Positions 1 through 7,306 of a stretch of 64,000 bases of DNA are shown piece by piece (position 1 is the stretch's first letter; the number at the start of each line of letters is the position of its first letter). A program made the translations under genes and the position numbers. Origin of the DNA: a virus (Duplodnaviria > Caudoviricetes); IMG/VR virus record IMGVR_UViG_3300028186_000155; one strand, written 5' to 3'. The notes beneath the pieces were generated by a model. That model worked only from the letters and a program-made list of their open reading frames with translations, was not told the origin of the DNA and made no database searches.

Positions 1-1
1 G

Positions 2-709
2 CCCGACCTGCAAAAATACGTGAAAAAGTGGTTGCCTGATTTGGCCAAGGGGCCGGGTTCGCTGCGTGGTGTGGCTGCTGCTGTGTGCGAAATCGTTTAC
101 CAGACTTCGGCACGTATCGGCTCGACCCGTGGCAATACCGCTGGTGAAACCACCTACGGCATTTCTACCCTGTTGCGTCGTCACATTCTGTTCAATGATC
201 AGCGTGCGATTTTCAAATATTTGGGCAAGAAAGCTGGCCAGCAAAAGCACGTGATCAAGTTCGAAGATCAGCGGACGCAAATGCTGCATAAAGCGATGGA
301 CGAATTCCTACATGATTTGAAGCCAAAAGATTATGTGTTTACGTTCCGTGGCAAACCGCTGTCAAACTCACAGGTGAACGGCTACCTGCGCGAACTCGGA
401 TTCCCTGAAGGGTTTAGTGTCCACAAATTCCGCAAGCTGCGCGGTACGGCCATGGCCAAAGTTATCATGGATAAATGCCCATTCGGTGCACGCGCCCGTG
501 AAGCAGACGTAAACGGTTGGCTGGAAAAAGAATGCCTGAAAATCGGTAAAGAACTCGGCCACCTCGCGGGTGAAAAGGTGACGGCCACCACGGCAATCGC
601 CAACTATATCGATCCATCGGTTTTCCTGCCGGTTTATGAGAAAACCAACACGAGGCCAAACAGCAAAATCCAGAAGGCTATCGACCTCGCGACAAAGAGC
701 GCTGAATAA
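2..709 (+). CDS. Type IB DNA topoisomerase, C-terminal catalytic core (5' end outside window)
   Basis: Poxvirus/bacterial TopIB motif order: RIG, YGISTL..H, F.YLGK, VNGYL, KFR, LGH, NYIDP (R-K-R-H-Y pentad); frame open from window edge. Confidence 0.85.
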   Translation, partial: PDLQKYVKKWLPDLAKGPGSLRGVAAAVCEIVYQTSARIGSTRGNTAGETTYGISTLLRRHILFNDQRAIFKYLGKKAGQQKHVIKFEDQRTQMLHKAMDEFLHDLKPKDYVFTFRGKPLSNSQVNGYLRELGFPEGFSVHKFRKLRGTAMAKVIMDKCPFGARAREADVNGWLEKECLKIGKELGHLAGEKVTATTAIANYIDPSVFLPVYEKTNTRPNSKIQKAIDLATKSAE

Positions 710-1071
710 TGGAAATGATCCTTTCGCTGGCCAGCACCGGGCTAGTGCTGAAGCACGGCAAAATGTCGGAAATGAAATTGGGCGATTCCACGATTACCTA
801 CCGTTACACCGATGAAGAATTTCGGCCTCAAGGTTCGTTCGTAGAAATCCAGAAGCTGCATACACCTGCCGACAAACGCGGATCAGGCAGTGCACGCAAA
901 CTGATGGAACATTTCCTGAACCTGACGGATCGTGCAGGCCTCGAAGTGATGCTCGAAGCAGAGCCTATGGATGCCCAAACCAAGGGCGCCAAACTGGTGA
1001 AGTTTTACAAATCGTTCGGGTTCAAATCCAAAGGGCGCGGCACCACCGCGATGATAAGAAAAGCCCAATAA
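709..1071 (+). CDS. GNAT-family acetyltransferase with MEMILSLA leader
   Basis: Acetyl-CoA motif A KRGSGSARKLM and motif B LVKFYKSFGF; TAATG coupling to upstream gene. Confidence 0.8.
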   Translation: MEMILSLASTGLVLKHGKMSEMKLGDSTITYRYTDEEFRPQGSFVEIQKLHTPADKRGSGSARKLMEHFLNLTDRAGLEVMLEAEPMDAQTKGAKLVKFYKSFGFKSKGRGTTAMIRKAQ

Positions 1072-1139
1072 AACACTACCCTCGTAGTAACATGGGAAGA
1101 GGAAGCCCCAAATGCACACCTAACGAAGAGAATTAAGAA

Positions 1140-1868
1140 ATGAAAGTAAATGGCGACCTTGTAATTGTTGAGGGCGGTGTGATCAAAAATCTCACGCTGC
1201 CATCCGACTCGGTTTTCCCTGCCAACGGGAACCGGGGTGAATTGTTCTCGGTGCACGGTCACACCGATGCAACGAATTACCCCGATGGCCTCTACCACCA
1301 CGACGGGACCGCATGGAGAAATATTGCACCTCTGGCAAAGGTGAAAGCGTTAATCGAGGCCGCTGGTTTGGGGGCTTCTGTAGTCACGCAGTGGCGCACT
1401 TTGTACAAAGTCGCAACAGGCATCAGCAGCCAAGCGGCGGGTACTTTTTGGTTCGTGCCTGATATCGGGCCAATTGCCGTAGCCAGTGCATTTTCGACCA
1501 CGGTAATGTCAAGCTTTTGGTATGACCCAGCGGATTATCCAGCTGGCACCAAATTCCGTTTGAATCTGATTTACAACCAGAACAGCGTGGCTTCTAACCC
1601 AATTGATTTTACGCTGGGGCTGCGCAAGGTTTTGCGGCCTGCTGGTAGCGGCGGCACCACTACGCAGCTGATTTATGCGGCAGATACTGCTGATGTTTCC
1701 AGCATCGTGGTAAATGGCCCAATCCCGATTAAAACGCAGGCACATTTGCTGTCTGCTGAATTCACGATGCCGACCGAAGCCGGTCAGTATTGCTTCGTGA
1801 TTACGTTGAGCGGCGCGAACGTTACGTCGGCAACTCACTACGACCTTAGCCTACAGGCTAAATACTAG
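1140..1868 (+). CDS. Putative virion fibre/decoration protein, paralogue 1
   Basis: Beta-rich; FPANG.RGELF and L..HDG.AW fibre-like motifs; full-length similarity to 1880..2596. Confidence 0.55.
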   Translation: MKVNGDLVIVEGGVIKNLTLPSDSVFPANGNRGELFSVHGHTDATNYPDGLYHHDGTAWRNIAPLAKVKALIEAAGLGASVVTQWRTLYKVATGISSQAAGTFWFVPDIGPIAVASAFSTTVMSSFWYDPADYPAGTKFRLNLIYNQNSVASNPIDFTLGLRKVLRPAGSGGTTTQLIYAADTADVSSIVVNGPIPIKTQAHLLSAEFTMPTEAGQYCFVITLSGANVTSATHYDLSLQAKY

Positions 1869-1879
1869 GAGGTGATCCG

Positions 1880-2596
1880 ATGGATGTTCACGGATTAGAT
1901 ATTGTTGAGGGTGGCGTTATTGAAAACCTCACGGTTGATTCCGGCGCCACACTTCCGGCTAATGGTGCACGCGGTGAATTGTTTGTTTCTGTAGGAAATG
2001 CCGATCAGGATTTGCACCCGGACGGCCTGCATTTTCACGACGGTGCGGCTTGGGATAACCTGCCTACTGTTGCGCAAGTCGAAAGCCTGATTAACGACGC
2101 GTTAGGGGCCGGTAGCGAAAAGTATTTCCAGACGGTATTCAACATTCGCACCCTTGTTGGTGCCAACGGCCTCGGTAATTACTGGGCAGTATCCGATAGC
2201 GCGGTGCTGGCAGTTAGTGGCGCGTTCAACGCAATCGTAATGTCAAGTTTTTGGTATGACCCGGCAGATTATCCGCTGGGTACAAAATTCCGACTTTCTG
2301 TTACGGCCAACCAAAGCAATACGGCGTCGTCCATGATTGTCGATGTTGGACTCTGTAAGGTTTTGCGTCCGTCAACTACGGGCGGGGCCACCACGCAAAT
2401 GATTTATACGCCGGATACGCCCGACGTGGCGGCTGTAGTGGTCCCTGCACTGCTGAGCAAGACACAAACGAACTATTACACCGAAGAATTTACGATGCCG
2501 TCCGAAGCCGGGCAGTATTGTTTCCACCTCAACCTGCGCAACACCAACGGCAACGCGGGCACGCATTACGAAATGCGCCTGCAAGCCAAATATTAA
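1880..2596 (+). CDS. Putative virion fibre/decoration protein, paralogue 2
   Basis: Shares VMSSFWYDPADYP.GTKFRL, EFTMP.EAGQYCF and LQAKY with the previous gene; SD GGAGGT. Confidence 0.55.
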   Translation: MDVHGLDIVEGGVIENLTVDSGATLPANGARGELFVSVGNADQDLHPDGLHFHDGAAWDNLPTVAQVESLINDALGAGSEKYFQTVFNIRTLVGANGLGNYWAVSDSAVLAVSGAFNAIVMSSFWYDPADYPLGTKFRLSVTANQSNTASSMIVDVGLCKVLRPSTTGGATTQMIYTPDTPDVAAVVVPALLSKTQTNYYTEEFTMPSEAGQYCFHLNLRNTNGNAGTHYEMRLQAKY

Positions 2597-2606
2597 GGAC
2601 TAATTC

Positions 2607-2768
2607 ATGGGCATGGCAGACGAATTTCCTTTGCACAATACACAGACCCCACATCGCCAATATGCAGGCCCTCCCGGTGAATCCGGTTTGAAACCGCAGT
2701 CTGCCCTGCCGTGGTACGTTCAACACAACATGCGCCAAGAGCGCCGCAAGCAAAAAGGAAAACACTGA
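2607..2768 (+). CDS. Small hypothetical protein (53 aa, not in ORF track)
   Basis: SD AAGGA; MGMADEFPLHNTQ...RRKQKGKH; stop overlaps next start (TGATG). Confidence 0.65.
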   Translation: MGMADEFPLHNTQTPHRQYAGPPGESGLKPQSALPWYVQHNMRQERRKQKGKH

Positions 2769-3154
2769 TGGAAATGCAACTTGCATTGGCCGCAGTAGCC
2801 ACCACGGATTTCGTTGATCGGCGCCGCAAGCAAAAGATTGGGGATCTGCGAGAACAGCTGAAGGCGCTCCGAGCCAAAATGGCGACCTTGAAAGAAAAGG
2901 GCGTACACGAAAGCAAAGAAAACGAACGCACGGCCCCGGTGCGCAAGATCCATACGCATGAGCGCCAGCACGCCTACCGCGCCACGCGCAATCCTGAATA
3001 TCAGGCGATGAAAGAACAGGAAATCCAGTTGAAAGCACAGTTGGATGCCCTGCGTGAAGATCACAAACAGCACCACGCCAAAAAGATGGCCGAAATTCAC
3101 GCTCGCCACAAAAAGCGTGTGCAAGATCGCAAAAACCGCAAGGACCAAGAATAA
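2768..3154 (+). CDS. Basic/His-rich coiled-coil protein with MEMQLALA leader
   Basis: Start moved to ATG 2768 (SD AGGA, TGATG coupling); K/R/H/E-rich helical sequence. Confidence 0.75.
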   Translation: MEMQLALAAVATTDFVDRRRKQKIGDLREQLKALRAKMATLKEKGVHESKENERTAPVRKIHTHERQHAYRATRNPEYQAMKEQEIQLKAQLDALREDHKQHHAKKMAEIHARHKKRVQDRKNRKDQE

Positions 3155-3331
3155 ATGATCCGTCCAATTCGCATGTCCGATTTGCACAAAATTTACGAAA
3201 ACGAAACGCCCGAAGAAAAAACCGCTCGCCTCAAGGCAAACAAAGAGCGCACCGAACGCATGCTGGCCAGCTGGAAAGAATTCAGCGAAAAGCATCCCGA
3301 AATCGCAAACAAAATGGTGTGTGCCGCCTAA
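3155..3331 (+). CDS. Small hypothetical protein (58 aa, not in ORF track)
   Basis: MIRPIRMSDLHKIYENE...MVCAA; fills the gap exactly, SD AAGGA, TAATG coupling downstream. Confidence 0.65.
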   Translation: MIRPIRMSDLHKIYENETPEEKTARLKANKERTERMLASWKEFSEKHPEIANKMVCAA

Positions 3332-3753
3332 TGAAAACTGAACTCGCTGTTGCATCCGTTCCAACCCAACCCGTTTACGGCGTAGGCACCGAAGTTTGGT
3401 TCCACCCGGCGATTCGCACCCTCAATTTCGGCGCGCTGCAAGACGTGGCGATCCGTGCAAAAGTCATGGGCGTAACCGTGCGCGAAACCCAAATCCAGTA
3501 CGAACTGGCGATGGATGTTTCCAGTTCGAAAATTGGTGATTATTACGAGGCCATTCCGCTGGCGCAAGTGGACTCTTTCTTCGTGCTGACCGAAGACCAT
3601 TTGAAGGAATTGAATGGGCTGGGCGAAGAGGATGTTTACAAGTCGTATGCGTCGGCTGTGCCGAGCACCAGCACCGTGCGCCGCTTCGTACAACGCTATC
3701 AGGAAATCCAAAACGATTTGCCAGCACTGCGCCGGGAACTCGGGCGTGTCTGA
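3331..3753 (+). CDS. Hypothetical protein with MKTELAVA leader, possible SH3-like barrel
   Basis: Start at ATG 3331 by TAATG coupling; YGVGTEVWF...AKVMGV...YEL pattern. Confidence 0.65.
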   Translation: MKTELAVASVPTQPVYGVGTEVWFHPAIRTLNFGALQDVAIRAKVMGVTVRETQIQYELAMDVSSSKIGDYYEAIPLAQVDSFFVLTEDHLKELNGLGEEDVYKSYASAVPSTSTVRRFVQRYQEIQNDLPALRRELGRV

Positions 3754-3997
3754 CGTTACGTGGATTGCCATAATCCTCAATCTGCCGATGCTTTGCCTAC
3801 TGGTCTACGGCCTGCGTGTTCTGCACAAAGAGCAAAGTTCGGCAATCCATTTCCATTCGGATTTCTGGCGTGACGTAACTGAGGCCGGGCGCCTCGTTAT
3901 GTTCCATCCGAATAAATTGGTTAAGGGGCCTGTCGGTCCCCAAGGCCCACAAGGCCCGCAGGGCGTCGTAGGCACACCGCTGCAAAGGAAAAAATAA
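3746..3997 (+). CDS. Small membrane protein with short collagen-like tail
   Basis: GTG 3746; N-terminal hydrophobic helix WIAIILNLPMLCLLVYGL; GPVGPQGPQGPQGVVGTP. Confidence 0.6.
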   Translation: MSDVTWIAIILNLPMLCLLVYGLRVLHKEQSSAIHFHSDFWRDVTEAGRLVMFHPNKLVKGPVGPQGPQGPQGVVGTPLQRKK

Positions 3998-4458
3998 TGG
4001 AAATGATGCTGGCTCTAGCGAGCGTGCAGGTGCCAAAGCTGCTGTATCATGGCACCAAAAAGAAGTTTACGAAATTCTCGGAATATCGCCCGGCCTTTTT
4101 CACCTCGGTCAAAGCGTATGCCGAAGGTTACGGCCACATCATCATGAAGGTGCATGTAGATATCAAACGTATTTTTGACACGCGCCACGACAAACGCGCC
4201 GTCGAGATTTACAATGATTATTTCCTGCCTTCGGGACTAGCTCGCCAAGGCGCCAAGCACATCAAACTGGGCGAACCAGTTTCAATGCACCACGCCGATG
4301 AATTGTGGTCCTATCTCGCTATACCTGAATATCCCGAACCGCATTACGACGGCATTTTGGTTTACGAGCAAATGGCAATTGCCGATCATGAACCCCTCAA
4401 AGGTGCGGAATTCGCGTTTGTTCCGCTGCACCCTGACCAAATTCATCTGGTGAAATAA
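3997..4458 (+). CDS. ADP-ribosyltransferase-like protein (YHGT type) with MEMMLALA leader
   Basis: LYHGT..KF..F, FFT....A..YG, YDGI, E..FVP..PDQI: pattern of the ART domain of phage/plasmid polyvalent proteins. Confidence 0.7.
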   Translation: MEMMLALASVQVPKLLYHGTKKKFTKFSEYRPAFFTSVKAYAEGYGHIIMKVHVDIKRIFDTRHDKRAVEIYNDYFLPSGLARQGAKHIKLGEPVSMHHADELWSYLAIPEYPEPHYDGILVYEQMAIADHEPLKGAEFAFVPLHPDQIHLVK

Positions 4459-5375
4459 TGGAAATGCAACTGGCCCTAGCGGGTTCCAGTGTGCTCTATC
4501 ACTTGATCCTGATGGAGCACGCAATCACCGCACTGAAAAACGATAAATTCAAACTGGCAGCCACCAATGAAGGCGTAGAGGCAGAATTCGGTGATGCTCA
4601 ATATTTCTTGAGCCTTGCCCGTTCTAAGCACTCGGATTACTTCAAGAAAGAAGCTGGCGAATCCCACATCATTTTCGTGCTCGACGGGCAGAAGATGAAC
4701 GCGAATTACCAGATTAAAGCCGTTGACTACTGGGCTGACCAAAAGCACATAACCAACGACGAAAAAGAAGATCGTTTGTTCGCCAACAAAATGTACATCC
4801 CGTGCATTCGCTACGTGAAAGAAATCCACTTCATGAAAGAGGGTGGGAAGTGGAAAGAAAACGATTCGTTGACGCTGGCGCTGCTGGCCAAGCGCAACAA
4901 GATTCAGCTGTTCCAGTATGACGACCTAACGGCCTTCATGAATCTGGATAAGCGCAAGACAATCAAGCTTGAAGTTTCCGACAAAAAGAAACGCAAGTTT
5001 GGCACCACCGAATGGAAGCCGCAGGCGGATCACGGACTTGAGGCGTGGTACGATGCATCGCAGATCGTCTTCCACGGTGACGAAAACCGCGCTGCCAAAT
5101 TCATGCAAAACGCCCGGCATAAAGAGCAAAGCAAGGCCTATCGTGATATTGCGCGCAGCATCGAAAAGCTTAACCGGTTTACCGATGTGGGGACGCAGGC
5201 GGTTAGCGATTTCAACCGGTTGGCACGTTATGCCAAGTTCCCTGTGGAAATGGATAACCTCGAAAAGATCAAACGGGTGAAACGTCGCCTGCGTGTTGAT
5301 ACCAAAGGCTTTTTGGATTATGTGCGTAAGCGCTGGATGACCAGCGAAGAGCGCGAACTGCACGGTTTGGAGTAA
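4458..5375 (+). CDS. Putative ADP-ribosyltransferase-fold protein with MEMQLALA leader
   Basis: LYH strand, FLSLARS, FVLDG, DEKEDR (ExE), YVKEIHF in ART order, then a helical C-terminal region. Confidence 0.55.
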   Translation: MEMQLALAGSSVLYHLILMEHAITALKNDKFKLAATNEGVEAEFGDAQYFLSLARSKHSDYFKKEAGESHIIFVLDGQKMNANYQIKAVDYWADQKHITNDEKEDRLFANKMYIPCIRYVKEIHFMKEGGKWKENDSLTLALLAKRNKIQLFQYDDLTAFMNLDKRKTIKLEVSDKKKRKFGTTEWKPQADHGLEAWYDASQIVFHGDENRAAKFMQNARHKEQSKAYRDIARSIEKLNRFTDVGTQAVSDFNRLARYAKFPVEMDNLEKIKRVKRRLRVDTKGFLDYVRKRWMTSEERELHGLE

Positions 5376-5380
5376 ACAAA

Positions 5381-7294
5381 ATGGAAATGATGCTGGCTCT
5401 GGCCGCCGTACCCATGAGCATTGCCCGGCCTCTGGTGAAAAACTGGAACCGTAACGGGCTGGGTGTGCAGGTAATCAAACGTTTCCTGCCAAAGAACAAA
5501 AAGCAGAAGAAAAACACCTATCGCCTCTATCTGCCGATCAAACCAACCAAACAAAAGATCAAAATTCCTGAGCCGATCCTGCATGCGCTGTCGTCCGTTG
5601 GTTACAGCGTTGACGATTACGTGACGGGCATTGCAGTTGATTCTACCGGCAAACGTCGGATGCGAATCGGCAAGCTGTTGAAAGATCAGCAGTTGCTCAA
5701 AGAATTCATGAATGATCCGCAACGCGCTGCACACAAAGACGAATTCACCTGCGTTATTTCCTGCCACCCGTATGACGTGCTGACCATGAGCACCGGGCGC
5801 CGCTGGGATATGACCAGTTGCATGCGCCTCGATCAACCGGGGAAATCGCGTGGCGGTGTAAACCAGCACATCGTGGCCAACGATGTAGCAGAAGGCACAT
5901 TGGTTGCCTATGCAATTTCACCAAACGATACCAATATCAACAAGCCCCATGCGCGCCTGCTGATCAAGCCTTTTGTTGGCCCGAACGGAAGCATTTTGTT
6001 CCGCGTTGAAACCGCTGTTTATGGCACGCCTATTCCCGGTTTCCAAGCAACGGTTAGCCGGTGGCTGCGCCAAGTAAACAAGGGTGCGGAAAGCGGTTTG
6101 TATCATTTGATCGAAGGCCTGTACGATGACGGTGTGGGCAAAGTGCACGCGCATGTCGAGTGGGAAACTGCGAAGGATAAAACGGCAACTCTCCGATCCT
6201 TTGTGAAAGGTGCCTATGCGCAAAACCAAGCGCTTTATGAATTGCTGCTGACCGATAAACGCTGGCTCGATTATTGGGTTGCGCACATCGAAGAAATTTA
6301 CGGATCAGCCGATGAAGCTGCGTTCGAAATGAGCATGTTCTATGGCAACGTTCGCGGCAAAGGTACGACCGGCAAAGCGCGCATTACCGCTAAGCAATTC
6401 GCGGCCCTGATCGACAAGCACCGTGACACTGTGCCAATCCTCGATCTGGTGGAAGTTCTGGCCCCGTTGGAATGGCGCCCCGAATTGCTGAAGGCTTCGA
6501 AATTCCTGCAAGAGGTTGTAGAAGAATCCTATTCGTTCGATCACTTCAACAACGAACCACAACCAGCGGCCTACGTGCTGAATCACGCGGCTTATTATGA
6601 CTCGCGCCTGCTGGGCCTGATCGAAGATAAACCTGAACCCGCCAAGGCCGTTAGCGTAATGCGTGGGCTGATGGCAGGCCTGTATAAACTCACGCCGGAA
6701 TGGTTGAATTCTACGCTGCCGGGTGCCGTGGAATTGCGTGAGCGCGTTGGTTTCCTGCTGGGCATGCTGTATCAGGCCCGTGACGTGAACATTCGCGGCG
6801 ACCGTGAATTGTTGATCAAACTGGCAAATAAACTGAAGGTCGATTATTACTGGACCGAGGACAAGCAGAAATTCCTCGACAAATTGCGCTGGAACAGAAT
6901 TTTCGACCGCAACACCACCATGAAAGCCGAAAGCATGCTGTGTGCACTCGACAATTCGTGGCCTGCACAAGATCCGTATTTGATCGTGAATGCCGACGAT
7001 TTCGTGCTCGAAAATCAGGAAGTCTTCAAACGTCTGACCGACCTCGGTAGCACCCTGATGCAAAGCGCCATGTGGACCGTATTGAATTCGGTTCTGCATC
7101 GTAAGAGCTTGAGTGCCGCAACGTGGCGCCAGCAATTCCCGTGGACTATCAAGTTCATCGAGGCTGTGGCCAAGGGCAATGCGGGTGAACGTGACGAAGG
7201 ACAGATGAAACGCGCGCAATATTTCGTGAACGATCTGAAAAAGAACGACGACGAAATGGACGAAATCATGCGGCAACTAGGCGAAGATTTTTAA
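5381..7294 (+). CDS. Large protein with conserved SCHPYD/SCMRL N-terminal domain, MEMMLALA leader
   Basis: N-terminal ~270 aa clearly homologous to 7307..10060. Confidence 0.8.
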   Translation: MEMMLALAAVPMSIARPLVKNWNRNGLGVQVIKRFLPKNKKQKKNTYRLYLPIKPTKQKIKIPEPILHALSSVGYSVDDYVTGIAVDSTGKRRMRIGKLLKDQQLLKEFMNDPQRAAHKDEFTCVISCHPYDVLTMSTGRRWDMTSCMRLDQPGKSRGGVNQHIVANDVAEGTLVAYAISPNDTNINKPHARLLIKPFVGPNGSILFRVETAVYGTPIPGFQATVSRWLRQVNKGAESGLYHLIEGLYDDGVGKVHAHVEWETAKDKTATLRSFVKGAYAQNQALYELLLTDKRWLDYWVAHIEEIYGSADEAAFEMSMFYGNVRGKGTTGKARITAKQFAALIDKHRDTVPILDLVEVLAPLEWRPELLKASKFLQEVVEESYSFDHFNNEPQPAAYVLNHAAYYDSRLLGLIEDKPEPAKAVSVMRGLMAGLYKLTPEWLNSTLPGAVELRERVGFLLGMLYQARDVNIRGDRELLIKLANKLKVDYYWTEDKQKFLDKLRWNRIFDRNTTMKAESMLCALDNSWPAQDPYLIVNADDFVLENQEVFKRLTDLGSTLMQSAMWTVLNSVLHRKSLSAATWRQQFPWTIKFIEAVAKGNAGERDEGQMKRAQYFVNDLKKNDDEMDEIMRQLGEDF

Positions 7295-7306
7295 GGAAAC
7301 CTTTCA

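Noticed and set aside
2-709. Tyrosine integrase marking a prophage edge
   Set aside because: RIG, YGISTL, YLGK and YIDP spacing fits TopIB; no att site or host genes seen
2711-2767. ORF-track upstream starts (2711, 3319, 3614, 10093, 11491, 46922, 56546, 56895, 63964)
   Set aside because: Downstream starts have SD sequences or stop-start coupling and mostly avoid long overlaps
707-5410. Repeated (TA)ATGGAAATG as a DNA recombination or cassette site
   Set aside because: Identity is limited to Met-Glu-Met codons; later codons vary synonymously and the MKT/MEV variants break the DNA repeat
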